A stretch of 64,000 bases of DNA. Origin: an uncultured virus (IMG/VR IMGVR_UViG_3300042564_002211). Its lineage: Duplodnaviria; Heunggongvirae; Uroviricota; Caudoviricetes. The stretch's first letter is position 1. Every line of letters begins with the position of its first letter. The notes below the pieces were generated by a model. That model was given only the letters and a program-made list of their open reading frames with translations. It made no database searches and was not told where the DNA came from. The position numbers and the translations under genes were made by a program. The DNA lies in the IMG/VR virus record IMGVR_UViG_3300042564_002211; one strand, 5' to 3'. Shown in pieces: positions 39,007-48,644 of this stretch.

Positions 39007-40554
39007 TCACAATCCGATACTCTGCCAAAACGCTTTAGGGAGACCGTTGACGTTCCCGTTATCATCATTGCCAGCATCAGGCTGAGACACCTGAGCCCTG
39101 ACACTCGGGGCGCTCGACTCGCGCTGCTGTTTTTGCTCCACCTTTTGTGAGGTTTTGCTCTCCGTTTTCGTGTAGCCCATGCGCTTGGCGAACGCCTCGG
39201 CCTTATTTTCAAGGTCAGCCTTGATTCGGCTGGCCTCGTATTGGGCTGTCTTGATGATCAGCTGGGGAACCAGCTCCTCATCTCGCACCGTGTAGTACTT
39301 GGAACGCTGGGCGGCAGGCATGTTTGCGTAGTCGCGCATCGTTGAAAACTTGCGCCCGTCTTCCGCCACAGGACGCTCTTCACGCGGAACTGACGACAGC
39401 ACCTTCTCGACGTGCAGTGCGGTGTTGACCAGTCGCTGAACCTCGGGCGACTTGTTGCTGTACCCATCCGGGTTGTTGATGACGCGCACAGCGGCATCGA
39501 GTGCGGGCAGACTCCACTGTTCGACCGTAGAGACAGCCTCCATGGCAATAGGGTCGTTCTTGATCTCTTCAACCACCTTGGCTCTGTCAGTGGCGAACGT
39601 ATCCACGAGGTCAGGCCTCAGAACCTCCAATAGGCTCTGGGATGCCATCTGGTCAACCTGCTGGCGCATTGGCGCAAGCTGGGCCTCAGCGCGTGATCGG
39701 CGGACCTCTTCGATGTCTTGGCCGTACTTCTTGGCGAAACGCTCCTCAGCTTCCCTGATCGCCTGCTCTTTGATGATGGAACGCTCAGCGTTTTTCAGGT
39801 GGCGCTCGTCAACCTCGACGGCGTTTTGATCAACGAAGTCGGAGTGCTCCTCGTCTTCCCAGTCGAACTCGACACCCGGGTTCTCCTTGCGCCACTTCTT
39901 CTCGTAGTCCCGTTCTTTCTTGGAACTCTCGAGGAACTCCTTGGCGAGATCGCGTCCCTTGTAGTCGTTCGGGTGCAGCTTCTGGACCTCGCGAAGACGG
40001 TCAACCTCATCACGGAACTCTTCAGGAACCTCGACCTCTTCCTCTCGGCGGGCCGCCTCCTGCTTCCGAGCGTACTCAGCCTCGAGCCGGCGCTCTTCCA
40101 TCTGCCGAATCGTTTCAGCGGTCGCCTCCGCGGCTGCCTTGCTGGCCATCTCGGTGATCTTCTCGGCCGAGATTTTGCGACGCGGTTTCGGATCTTCAGG
40201 AAGATCTTCGGATTCCTCCTCGCTTGCCTTGGGGGCAGGCTTCTCAACAACCTTCTGCTCCGCTTTCGGTTCAGCCTTCTTTTCAGCCTTCTTTGCGGGT
40301 TTTTTCTCCTCGGGCTTCTTCGCGGGAGGCTCCTCATTTCCGGGCTCCTCGGTAGCCTTTTGACCATCTTCGGACTGCTGCTGGTTCTCCTCACCAAGCA
40401 GCTTGTCCAGCAGCATCATGCTCGCCTCTTTGGCGGCTTCGTTCATGGCTGCGGTTTCGGCCGGAGACTTTTCGGCCGGTGCGCTGCGGGCAGCATTCAT
40501 CTGCCCGAGTCCTGTCTGGTCTGCGTCTTGCGACTGCTGTTGTTCAGTTGTCAT
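39007..40554 (-). CDS. putative capsid scaffolding protein
   Basis: E/K/P-rich disordered N-terminus then helical; lies between portal and capsid. Confidence 0.7.
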   Translation of the reverse strand: MTTEQQQSQDADQTGLGQMNAARSAPAEKSPAETAAMNEAAKEASMMLLDKLLGEENQQQSEDGQKATEEPGNEEPPAKKPEEKKPAKKAEKKAEPKAEQKVVEKPAPKASEEESEDLPEDPKPRRKISAEKITEMASKAAAEATAETIRQMEERRLEAEYARKQEAARREEEVEVPEEFRDEVDRLREVQKLHPNDYKGRDLAKEFLESSKKERDYEKKWRKENPGVEFDWEDEEHSDFVDQNAVEVDERHLKNAERSIIKEQAIREAEERFAKKYGQDIEEVRRSRAEAQLAPMRQQVDQMASQSLLEVLRPDLVDTFATDRAKVVEEIKNDPIAMEAVSTVEQWSLPALDAAVRVINNPDGYSNKSPEVQRLVNTALHVEKVLSSVPREERPVAEDGRKFSTMRDYANMPAAQRSKYYTVRDEELVPQLIIKTAQYEASRIKADLENKAEAFAKRMGYTKTESKTSQKVEQKQQRESSAPSVRAQVSQPDAGNDDNGNVNGLPKAFWQSIGL

Positions 40555-40861
40555 GCTTGTCCGTGATATGCACTTCTGCGGTTTTGAACTGGTATCCCTC
40601 TGAGGACACTGTTGCGAGAATGTCTAAGCACGTTTGAATACGCGCTGCTTGGGTGAGTGACTGAGACGCACGAGTGTCCAATCCCGCTTGGGCGCGGATT
40701 GCATCAGCATTTCTCGTGATGACGTTCGATGCAGTTGCCTGCAGAACAGCTACCTCAGCCAACAGGGCCTGCCTGAGGAGGTAATACTCCGGGGACAGGA
40801 GCCATTTCTGGAGCTTGCCCGACTGGGTAGCCTCCAGCGACCTGACTTGGACTTCCAACAT
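40544..40861 (-). CDS. hypothetical protein overlapping the portal 3' end
   Basis: 105-aa helical ORF at the usual post-portal position. Confidence 0.55.
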   Translation of the reverse strand: MLEVQVRSLEATQSGKLQKWLLSPEYYLLRQALLAEVAVLQATASNVITRNADAIRAQAGLDTRASQSLTQAARIQTCLDILATVSSEGYQFKTAEVHITDKHDN

Positions 40862-43214
40862 TGGGATCTTGCTGTGCCGACTGGATTATCTGAAACAGCC
40901 TGACCAGCGCCTGACTCTGTTGATCCTGCTGCTGGGCAAGCTGTTGAATTGCCTGTGTGGTCTGTTGCGACTGAACCTGCATCGGCTCCACCAGATTGGT
41001 CCGAAGACCCTCGCTGAGTTCCATCAGCTTTCCGTCGACAATCTGGCTGGCCATCTGAGCCAACTGCTCCTGTATCTGCTGCTGCTGAGCAGCCTGTTGC
41101 TGCTCTTGGGCCGCCTGCTGTTGCTGAGCCTCCTCGGGCGATGGTTGTTCCTGTTGAGGCTGAACACGCAGGCGGAAATCTTTGGGCGCACCGCTGTAGA
41201 CGAGCACCTGATTGAAGAGGTCGACCAGCTGATCGAGACCAGCCGCTTGAGCGAGTACCGGGTTCGCGAAGATCGACTGGAACGTCTGGATCATCGTTCC
41301 GGCCAACTTGGAATCCACGATACGATCAGCGCCCTCGCGATCACTCGAGAAGCCGTCGACCCGGAGGGCGTCTTTGCTGCCGCGAATACCAGCAGTCGTG
41401 TTGCGACCCTCAGGCTCATCCACCTTGAAGCCCATCTTGTCGAGAGTCTGCTTCTTCACCTCGTCAACCTCAGCGACATCAGCAAGCACCTCGTCGTCTG
41501 AGTAGGCCAAGAAGGCCTCGTAAAGGAGCTTCTTGCGGGCCTTGATGGCTGCATCGATGAAGCTGCCGGTAAGCTCCAGCCGGTTGCTCGTGTTGCTGGC
41601 GATGATCTGAACCTCTTGTGCCGTCTGCTCGTGAGCGGCAGGAAGTCCAACCTCCTGAGGCGAGAACCCGAGTACGCGCTCCATCATGGAGAGCAACTGG
41701 TTCACGCCGCTTGCGATCTCGCCAGAAGAGCCTTGAGGCAACTGGACAGGCGTGAACGCGTCACGCTCAGACTGCTGCTGCCAGCTGAGTTCGCGCTTGG
41801 AATACGGCACGAACGTGACGCCGCGGTACTTCTTCTCACCGAGGTTGTTGATGATGTCGATGTACTTCTGATCAACGACATCCGAGTTCCAGAAAACGAT
41901 GCGCTCCAGGTTCTGCTTCACCGTCAGAATGTACTGGGTGAGCATGTTGGACAGATGGTCCTGAAACGGAAGAATCTCCAGCGCGAGCGAGGAGTTTCGG
42001 GCGCTGCCCATGTCCGCGTCGTAGAGGTAGGCAACCAGCGGGTTGTAGGCCAGCGGTACAGCATGACTGACAGTGTGAGATCCAGTATGGATGAATCGCA
42101 TCCACACGGGGTTATCGTAGTCGAACAGGTTCCACTCGGACGGAATGAGTTTCTGGAAGTAGCTGACCACCGTAACACCCTCGTCCTGGTGGTTCGTCGT
42201 GTACCGGTAGGCCTCGCGAATGCGATCCGTGTCACCGGCTCCAGGGCTAAACGCCGTGGGGTCCGGGAACTTGAGCATGCATGGGTTGATCTCGCGGTAG
42301 AAGTTGTACTTCGACTCAACCCAGCTTCCGTATTTGAACTGGATGTTTTCGGTGTTCCAGAACTGCTTGTTGTTCTTTACGTCCTTGTACCGAAGCACGT
42401 TCCAGAAGCCGGCGTACTCGATCCCGGTATCGGTGTTGGCAGTGCTCAAACGACTGTTGAGGTCGTAGAACATGCGGCTTGGGTGAGGGATCTCGAAGCG
42501 AACACCCTCCTTGATGGTGCGCTCAATCTCCTTCTTGTTTTCGATGTAGATCTGCTTCTCGCGGTAGAAGTCCTCAGCAGGGAAGTTCAGACAGACGCCG
42601 TACTTGAGCATCTGCAAGATCGATTGGCGCTCGTCTTCGCGATAGCCCATTTCCTGAACCATGCGCTGAATGCGGCTTGTGATGATCTCACAGCGCACAC
42701 GGTTCTGCATCGTGGTGGACACCGGCTCGTACTTGTAGAGCGGGTAAATGTCTCGATCGCTGAACAGCTTGGCCCAGCGCATCTTCGTGTACGCCTGAAC
42801 CAGCGGTACGAAAATGTGGAAGAAAGTCGGCATGTCCAGCTTCATCAGCGGCTTGCCGTCTGGTCCACACTTCTTGGTGCCATCCGAATTGCACAGCGGG
42901 AGCAGCATGTTCGACAGCCTCGACGTGAGGCCCATCGACTTCATGGCGTCCATCACCTTCTCCGTAGAGGTGCCCTTGGAAAGCAGGCCCTCAACGAGGG
43001 TGTAGGTAATCTGCCGCTGCGAAGCATCAAACGCCTGGTCGATCGCGTACCAAGTCCTAGCCTCGTTCAAGTTGCGCTGGATGCCCTCGTCGATACGCGA
43101 CGAGTTCATGTCGATCAACGCCTTGATCTTGTCGTCGAGCTTCTCGGCCGTGAACTTCTTCTTGAGTTCTTCGACCGTTCCGCCGCGCTTCTTGAGGACT
43201 TCGAGATCGACCAT
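40755..43214 (-). CDS. portal protein (819 aa)
   Basis: Size, synteny, LKYG, TAQEV motif and Q-rich C-terminal barrel typical of podoviral portals. Confidence 0.8.
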   Translation of the reverse strand: MVDLEVLKKRGGTVEELKKKFTAEKLDDKIKALIDMNSSRIDEGIQRNLNEARTWYAIDQAFDASQRQITYTLVEGLLSKGTSTEKVMDAMKSMGLTSRLSNMLLPLCNSDGTKKCGPDGKPLMKLDMPTFFHIFVPLVQAYTKMRWAKLFSDRDIYPLYKYEPVSTTMQNRVRCEIITSRIQRMVQEMGYREDERQSILQMLKYGVCLNFPAEDFYREKQIYIENKKEIERTIKEGVRFEIPHPSRMFYDLNSRLSTANTDTGIEYAGFWNVLRYKDVKNNKQFWNTENIQFKYGSWVESKYNFYREINPCMLKFPDPTAFSPGAGDTDRIREAYRYTTNHQDEGVTVVSYFQKLIPSEWNLFDYDNPVWMRFIHTGSHTVSHAVPLAYNPLVAYLYDADMGSARNSSLALEILPFQDHLSNMLTQYILTVKQNLERIVFWNSDVVDQKYIDIINNLGEKKYRGVTFVPYSKRELSWQQQSERDAFTPVQLPQGSSGEIASGVNQLLSMMERVLGFSPQEVGLPAAHEQTAQEVQIIASNTSNRLELTGSFIDAAIKARKKLLYEAFLAYSDDEVLADVAEVDEVKKQTLDKMGFKVDEPEGRNTTAGIRGSKDALRVDGFSSDREGADRIVDSKLAGTMIQTFQSIFANPVLAQAAGLDQLVDLFNQVLVYSGAPKDFRLRVQPQQEQPSPEEAQQQQAAQEQQQAAQQQQIQEQLAQMASQIVDGKLMELSEGLRTNLVEPMQVQSQQTTQAIQQLAQQQDQQSQALVRLFQIIQSAQQDPNVGSPSQVAGGYPVGQAPEMAPVPGVLPPQAGPVG

Positions 43215-43225
43215 GTGTCAGGAGG

Positions 43226-43534
43226 TTACTTCTTCTTAGGGCCACCGATCATAATGAGGATGCCCATGCCCTTGCCCTTCTTGCCGTGCATCATGGGTTT
43301 GCCTTTCGGCTCGCCCTCGTACTCACCACCCTCGTCTTCTCCTTCCTCATCGTCGAGCTCGTATTCGTCCTCACCCATGTGCCCGCACTTCTTCACGTCG
43401 GTGAGCTCGCCAACGATTTCAGTGTCAGACTTGGAGACGACGGTAAAAGTACCGTGGATCTCCATGGTTTCTCCCTCTTCGAGCGAGTTGATCGATTCGT
43501 CGAGGCCGTCCCGCTTGAGTGTGATCGAGTCCAT
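43226..43534 (-). CDS. small acidic protein with basic C-terminus
   Basis: D/E tract then KKGKGMGILIMIGGPKKK. Confidence 0.6.
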   Translation of the reverse strand: MDSITLKRDGLDESINSLEEGETMEIHGTFTVVSKSDTEIVGELTDVKKCGHMGEDEYELDDEEGEDEGGEYEGEPKGKPMMHGKKGKGMGILIMIGGPKKK

Positions 43535-43603
43535 AGATGGCGACTTTCGATGGAGGATTTCCCGCGATCCTGCTCTTTTACAACCGAAAGTCGCACCGAC
43601 CTT

Positions 43604-45079
43604 ATGCAAGACACTCAAGGGCGGTGGTTGCCCGATCTTTCACCACGAGGGTTCGAGGTATTCAACTCGTATGCCAGATACCTCATGGTGGACGGCCCTC
43701 GTAAAGCGGGTAAATCGCTTGCGATTGCGCATCGTGTTGCACGCCACCTTTTCGAGAACAACAACGCCACCGTTGGCATCATTGCTAAGACCCTGAAAAA
43801 CGGGAAGGTTGGCGTATGGTCTGACCTCACGAAGACCATTCTGCCTCAGTGGATGGACGCCAAAATCGGCATGAAGTGGACCAAAGAGCCCACCATGGAC
43901 GTGGCGACCAAGATGTCATACGCCCGAGTCAGGAACGCCTATGGCGGCGAATCTGAGGTTCAGCTGCACTCTCTTGAAAACGTCTGGGAAGCATCAGCCA
44001 AGTTCAAGGGGACGCGCTTCTCGCTGCTGTGGCTATCGGAGGCTGATCAGTTCGAGGACCGAATCGTGTTCGACGTTCTGACTGACCAGCTGCGTGTCGT
44101 TGAGATTCCATACGAGAACCACCAGATCATCGCCGACCTCAACCCGCCTGAGAACGGAGTGAACCACTGGCTGGCCGGAATCTGGCTCACACGCAAACCG
44201 AGCGACAACGAGCAGTTTGAGTCACAGTTCCAGCGCATCCAATTCAGTCTCAACGACAACACGTTCCTAGATCCTCGGGAGAAACAAGACCTTATCAACA
44301 AGTACGCCTACGACAAGCAGCTGTATGCTCGTTACGTGCTTGGAGAATGGGTTGAGGACGTTAGCGATGGACATTTTGCAGACGTCTTCGTGCCGAGCAC
44401 TCATGTCGTTGGGAACGTGACAAGCGCAACTGAGGATGACCACGAGATCATCGTGCCTCCAAAGAACTGCTTCGAGTTGTTTACTGGCTGGGACTTGGGT
44501 GACGTGAACCACGCCTGCTCGATCTCGTGCAAGCGGATTGGAGACGACGGAAATTCAATCTTCGACATCCTCGACGAGGCAGTGGTTATCGACCGAAAGG
44601 TGTCGATCGCTGACTTCACCGAGTTGGTCATGGAGAAAATGCAGTGGTGGGAGGATTACCTCAAGGACACCCACGGAACAGCCAACGTGCTGTGGCGTCA
44701 CTGGTCTGACAACTCTGCTTGGCGATACCGAGCAGCCTCAGACGTGTATGACGAGCTTGTTGTGCGGCAGGTATCGCAGGGTAAGATCGTGCTGCACGCC
44801 GTCACAAAAGGCTCTGGAAGCGTGAAGCAGCGTATCGGACTTCTGAAGAAGCTGCTCTTCGATAGGCGCGTATTCATATCGGCCCAGCTGCACAACACGA
44901 TCAAGATGGTCCGAGAAATGAAGCCAGGTCCAAACCGGGCCGAGCCAATTCGAGATGGAGACAAGAACAAGCACATCTTCGATGCTCTCACCTACATGCT
45001 CATCAGCGAGACACCCATGGATGTAGAACGACGGGCCATTACAGTGTCCAAGAAGCCGACGGTTGTTTTCACCCAATGA
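43604..45079 (+). CDS. terL: terminase large subunit
   Basis: Walker A GPRKAGKS, Walker B-like LLWLSEA, DLNPP, RuvC-like GWDLG and HIFDALTY. Confidence 0.88.
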   Translation: MQDTQGRWLPDLSPRGFEVFNSYARYLMVDGPRKAGKSLAIAHRVARHLFENNNATVGIIAKTLKNGKVGVWSDLTKTILPQWMDAKIGMKWTKEPTMDVATKMSYARVRNAYGGESEVQLHSLENVWEASAKFKGTRFSLLWLSEADQFEDRIVFDVLTDQLRVVEIPYENHQIIADLNPPENGVNHWLAGIWLTRKPSDNEQFESQFQRIQFSLNDNTFLDPREKQDLINKYAYDKQLYARYVLGEWVEDVSDGHFADVFVPSTHVVGNVTSATEDDHEIIVPPKNCFELFTGWDLGDVNHACSISCKRIGDDGNSIFDILDEAVVIDRKVSIADFTELVMEKMQWWEDYLKDTHGTANVLWRHWSDNSAWRYRAASDVYDELVVRQVSQGKIVLHAVTKGSGSVKQRIGLLKKLLFDRRVFISAQLHNTIKMVREMKPGPNRAEPIRDGDKNKHIFDALTYMLISETPMDVERRAITVSKKPTVVFTQ

Positions 45080-46305
45080 AGCTCACCTACTGCAACGATC
45101 GAGACATTGAACTGTGGGTGGTCAGCGACTCCGGCTGGTCCATGCCAGTCAAGTGTCATCACTGCGTTATGGACGATGTTGGTTACGTCCACGTCATCCC
45201 GGCAGTGCCGCTTGGTTTTGCTCAGTCTGGTGAACTGGAGAGGGTTCTGTCGTGCAGGGGTGCGACCACTCTGAAGTCTGGTTGGCTCTTGGAGGTTAGC
45301 TCGTTCATTCAGGTTGCCTCCAAGGCTGGAGGAATCACGCCAGAGTTCTACTACATCTGGGACGGGTGTCAGGCAAAGCGGCCTACGATTGAACCTGAGC
45401 AGGTTAAGCAACCGAAGCAGCCGAAGAAGACTCATTCATCCGACCCGTTTATCGATCACGTTGCGTCAACTTCAGGCATCAGCAAAGATCTGCTGGTCGT
45501 CTCATATTTAGCGATTGCCCAAGCGATTCCAGGATGGCTGCTTGCTGGCAACACGTTGAATCTCGGATCGATTCGGTTGGCCGCGGTTCCGTACCGCCGC
45601 AACTGGAAGGAGATCGTCCTTGCACGCTACCCAACACTGCGCAAGACGCTCATGGTCAGAGAACCCAAACGCTTGATGTCAATGGCATTCACGGCTGCAT
45701 CAAGGATCGTGAGGTTGTCTGAATTGACGGAGTGCCGCATGCGTCGAGGAAACCCGCTTTTCTCCTGGACCGTCGAAGTGCTGCACAACTCAGACTGGGA
45801 AAAAACATGCGACGATGTAGAAGGAAAGGCATCCGCACAGCTTGGACCAATACCATACGTCAAACGCTGGGCTAACCGTGTTTCACAGATTGAAGATACC
45901 GTTTATGAAATCCTCTCTGCTCACATTCAAAAAGAGACTTCGCCGACTTGCAGAATACTGTGGCGTCGTGGCCAGCGGGGTATGCAGTTTGTTCAAGCAT
46001 CTCCCACTGTCCTTGGCCCTGCCACGATTCTTGAATGCGACGAGGGCAGCGACAGCAGCGTTGATGATTTCCTCGGAATCGAGGACTCCGCGAAGTATCT
46101 GGAGGAAAAGGCTGAACGCCTGTTCAAAATGTCCGCTTTACAACAAGCGGATGAAGACATGCGGACACCACGGGGAGACGATGAAGCACCGGGATTCGGG
46201 TCGTGCAACAGTGGGGTGCTGGTGTTACATACCCCTCGCTGCCAAGTTACTGGACAAGGAGTGCTGGCTAGTGGAAATGAACCTCAAGACAACCTGGATC
46301 AATGA
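45076..46305 (+). CDS. hypothetical protein with an internal HU/IHF-like segment
   Basis: FIDHVASTSGISKD..WLLAGNTLNLGSIRL; ATGA-coupled to terL. Confidence 0.55.
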   Translation: MKLTYCNDRDIELWVVSDSGWSMPVKCHHCVMDDVGYVHVIPAVPLGFAQSGELERVLSCRGATTLKSGWLLEVSSFIQVASKAGGITPEFYYIWDGCQAKRPTIEPEQVKQPKQPKKTHSSDPFIDHVASTSGISKDLLVVSYLAIAQAIPGWLLAGNTLNLGSIRLAAVPYRRNWKEIVLARYPTLRKTLMVREPKRLMSMAFTAASRIVRLSELTECRMRRGNPLFSWTVEVLHNSDWEKTCDDVEGKASAQLGPIPYVKRWANRVSQIEDTVYEILSAHIQKETSPTCRILWRRGQRGMQFVQASPTVLGPATILECDEGSDSSVDDFLGIEDSAKYLEEKAERLFKMSALQQADEDMRTPRGDDEAPGFGSCNSGVLVLHTPRCQVTGQGVLASGNEPQDNLDQ

Positions 46306-46321
46306 CACCAATCCCAGCTGA
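45905..46321 (+). CDS. Cys-rich small protein in an overlapping frame
   Basis: RLNACSKCP..TCG..GCWC..KECW. Confidence 0.5.
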   Translation: MKSSLLTFKKRLRRLAEYCGVVASGVCSLFKHLPLSLALPRFLNATRAATAALMISSESRTPRSIWRKRLNACSKCPLYNKRMKTCGHHGETMKHRDSGRATVGCWCYIPLAAKLLDKECWLVEMNLKTTWINDTNPS

Positions 46322-46820
46322 ACAAAACGACTCCCCTGCTCATCCCGCACGGCCAGTGGGCGGCAAGCCTCCGATCTCCATGGCGGTGGCTGAAAAGGCG
46401 GCCCGCGAGGCTGGGTTCAATATCATTGACGCCAAGCAGCTGAAGGCCGCCGGCATCTTTGGCGAGTTCGTATCTCAGGTTGGAGCCATTCATCTCGGCC
46501 GATCGAGACTTGCCATGAATCTGGCACGAACCGACAAGGCCATGGATTTCTGTGAATCTGCGATCGAGAACCGAGAGTTCCCTGATCCAGAATCAATGAT
46601 CGGAGTGATGAAAGTACACGCGTCACTGATCAGCGAATCTAACAAGGCGGCCGAGCTTCTGATCAAGTCGGCCCAGCAGGCGGCTGAGACCGCCAAAGCT
46701 GAGGCTATGGTAGTGTTGCCAGGATTCGCTCCGCGTGCTCAGGTTGGCCCAACGCAGGTCAACGTGATGGTTAACGCCAGTAACGGCGCGGCCGATACTG
46801 TTGAAATCAAGGAGAACTGA
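46302..46820 (+). CDS. hypothetical helical protein (possible terminase small subunit)
   Basis: Near terL; helical with QVNVMVN tail; assignment weak. Confidence 0.4.
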   Translation: MTPIPAEQNDSPAHPARPVGGKPPISMAVAEKAAREAGFNIIDAKQLKAAGIFGEFVSQVGAIHLGRSRLAMNLARTDKAMDFCESAIENREFPDPESMIGVMKVHASLISESNKAAELLIKSAQQAAETAKAEAMVVLPGFAPRAQVGPTQVNVMVNASNGAADTVEIKEN

Positions 46821-46823
46821 ACC

Positions 46824-47141
46824 ATGCCAGCAATCAAGGGAGTCAAACGTCTTCCGTCCGGTGGCGTCCTCTATCGGGGCGAGCGGTTTCCCGGTTTCAA
46901 CAAGCCCAAGGCAGCCCCTGCCGGAGACACCCACAAGAAACGGGTGCTCGCCAAAAAGGGCAACAAGGTCAAGGTCGTTCCGTTTGGCCACCGCGGGTAC
47001 AGCGACTTCACTAAACACAAGAACCCCAAGCGCAGAGCCAACTATCTCGCTCGCTCAGGAGGCATACGCAACAAGAGCGGCGAGTTGACCAAGAACGACA
47101 AGTTCTCCGCGAACTACTGGGCGAGAAGGATTCTCTGGTGA
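46824..47141 (+). CDS. basic conserved phage protein
   Basis: FNKPK..HKKRVLAK..FG..HKNPKRRANYLAR..SANYWAR pattern. Confidence 0.7.
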   Translation: MPAIKGVKRLPSGGVLYRGERFPGFNKPKAAPAGDTHKKRVLAKKGNKVKVVPFGHRGYSDFTKHKNPKRRANYLARSGGIRNKSGELTKNDKFSANYWARRILW

Positions 47142-47542
47142 AAGTTGCATCCAAGTCCAACCCGTCTCTCTGGAGCCGGATTGTCCGCGAGGTGAAGGCG
47201 TCGTCGAAAGGCGGCAGGCCCGGACAGTGGAGCGCCCGCAAGGCTCAGATTGCAGTGAGCCGCTACAAGGATCGTGGCGGTTCATACAAGGGTTCCAAGT
47301 CTCCGTCGAACAGCCTGTCCAAATGGACTCGTGAAGATTGGGGGACCAAGAGCGGCAAAAACTCCGTCGTCGGCCGCGGTGCCACAGGAGAGCGATACCT
47401 GCCGCGAAAAGCTCGAGAAGCCCTGAGCGACGCTGAGTATTCCGCAACAAGCGCGAAGAAGCGTGCCGGCATGAGGGCTGGTAAACAGTTCGTTCGCCAG
47501 CCTGATTCTATCGCTCGCAAGACCGCCAAGTATCGCGACTGA
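47138..47542 (+). CDS. basic conserved phage protein (DUF5872-like)
   Basis: GGRPGQWSARKAQ, SLSKWTREDWGTKSG, GERYLP. Confidence 0.7.
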   Translation: MKVASKSNPSLWSRIVREVKASSKGGRPGQWSARKAQIAVSRYKDRGGSYKGSKSPSNSLSKWTREDWGTKSGKNSVVGRGATGERYLPRKAREALSDAEYSATSAKKRAGMRAGKQFVRQPDSIARKTAKYRD

Positions 47543-47593
47543 GCGACTCCGACTTTCGCCTCACACGGAAACCGTGTAGGCACCAAACGATTT

Positions 47594-48061
47594 ATGGCTA
47601 CGACCACCATCTACAACAAGGCTCTGGAGCAGATCATCTCCGGGACCATGACTCTCGCCACAACTCCTGCCGGATCGACGCCCCCTTACAAGGTGCTGCT
47701 TCTCGGATCGGGCTCGAGCTACACGCACTCCAAGGCTCACGTCTATCTGAGCGACGCGCTCGCTGCTGGTGCCGTGGAGGCGTCTGGGTCTGGGTACGAC
47801 ACTGGTGGCAAGACCCTCGGAAACATTTCAACCACGACCAACCAGTCCGGCAATTTCGTGCAGGTTGAAATCAACGACGTGCAATGGGGCACTGGTGCTG
47901 GCGGTTCCACGATCACCGCGAAAGGCGCGTTGATTTACCTGCCCACTGGGAACCCGTCCAACAGCCCGCTGCTGGCGTACATCAACTTCGACGGAACTGT
48001 GTCGTCCAACGCATCGGTGTTCACCATCGACTTCCAGACCCCTCTGAAGTTCCAGAACTGA
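47594..48061 (+). CDS. putative virion structural protein
   Basis: GYDTGGKTL, TITAKGALIY, LLAYINF pattern of tail-associated proteins. Confidence 0.6.
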   Translation: MATTTIYNKALEQIISGTMTLATTPAGSTPPYKVLLLGSGSSYTHSKAHVYLSDALAAGAVEASGSGYDTGGKTLGNISTTTNQSGNFVQVEINDVQWGTGAGGSTITAKGALIYLPTGNPSNSPLLAYINFDGTVSSNASVFTIDFQTPLKFQN

Positions 48062-48068
48062 ACATCAC

Positions 48069-48581
48069 ATGGCTAACCTGATTGCGTTCGCGGGTTACGC
48101 CCGTGAAGGTAAGGACGCCGCCGCGACGAGGCTCATCAACCTCGGATGGGAGCGCATTGCGTTCGGTGACATCATCAAGCGCCAGATCGACTCGCTGGTG
48201 CAGCAGCATCTTGGGTTCTCGGCATTCACTGAGAACGACACCCAAAAGAAGCAGATCCGCCCGATCTTGGAACAGTGGGGCGAGGTGAACTACGACGGGG
48301 TGATGAAGGAGTTTTTCGGCTCTCTTCCAAACTACGCCGTGAACACCCGGCTGGTTCGCCTGCGTGAGGCCAAAGAGTGGATCAAGCGAGGCGGCATTAT
48401 CCTACGAATCCGACGCCCCGGAGTGGAGCCTGCAACCGACTGGGAGAGAACCCGCCTACAGGAGCTCTACGACGGAGGCGTGATCCACGACACCATCATC
48501 AACGACTCGTCGCTCGATGTGCTGTGGGACCGGGTCGGCCGCTTCGCTGCTGCTGGTGACGCATACCTCCAGACTCGTTAG
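48069..48581 (+). CDS. deoxynucleoside monophosphate kinase
   Basis: LIAFAGYAREGKD P-loop, AFGDIIK, IIND. Confidence 0.8.
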   Translation: MANLIAFAGYAREGKDAAATRLINLGWERIAFGDIIKRQIDSLVQQHLGFSAFTENDTQKKQIRPILEQWGEVNYDGVMKEFFGSLPNYAVNTRLVRLREAKEWIKRGGIILRIRRPGVEPATDWERTRLQELYDGGVIHDTIINDSSLDVLWDRVGRFAAAGDAYLQTR

Positions 48582-48612
48582 GTGTTGACTCACGGTGTTT
48601 TACACCTACTCT
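48581..48612 (+). promoter_or_regulatory. promoter/operator motif variant
   Basis: GGTGTT-GACTCAC-GGTGTT-T-TACACC; TTGACT lies only 3 nt from the palindrome, with TACTCT 16 nt downstream of it. Confidence 0.65.
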
Positions 48613-48644
48613 TGGCTTGGCGCTAAGCTAAGTCATTCAAAACC

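Noticed and set aside
43286..43603. N-terminal 106 aa of the called terminase ORF
   Set aside because: Overlaps the opposite-strand gene 43226-43534; ATG 43604 gives a normal distance to Walker A.
41616..43796. Long antisense ORFs (726 aa here; also 37422-38936, 16606-17520, 904-1716, 59986-60876)
   Set aside because: Shadows of GC3-biased genes on the opposite strand; no motifs.
47542..47550. AGCGACTCC upstream of ORF 47594 and, on the minus strand, upstream of 23499 as a late promoter
   Set aside because: Only two copies of a 9-mer and not seen before capsid or portal; may be chance.
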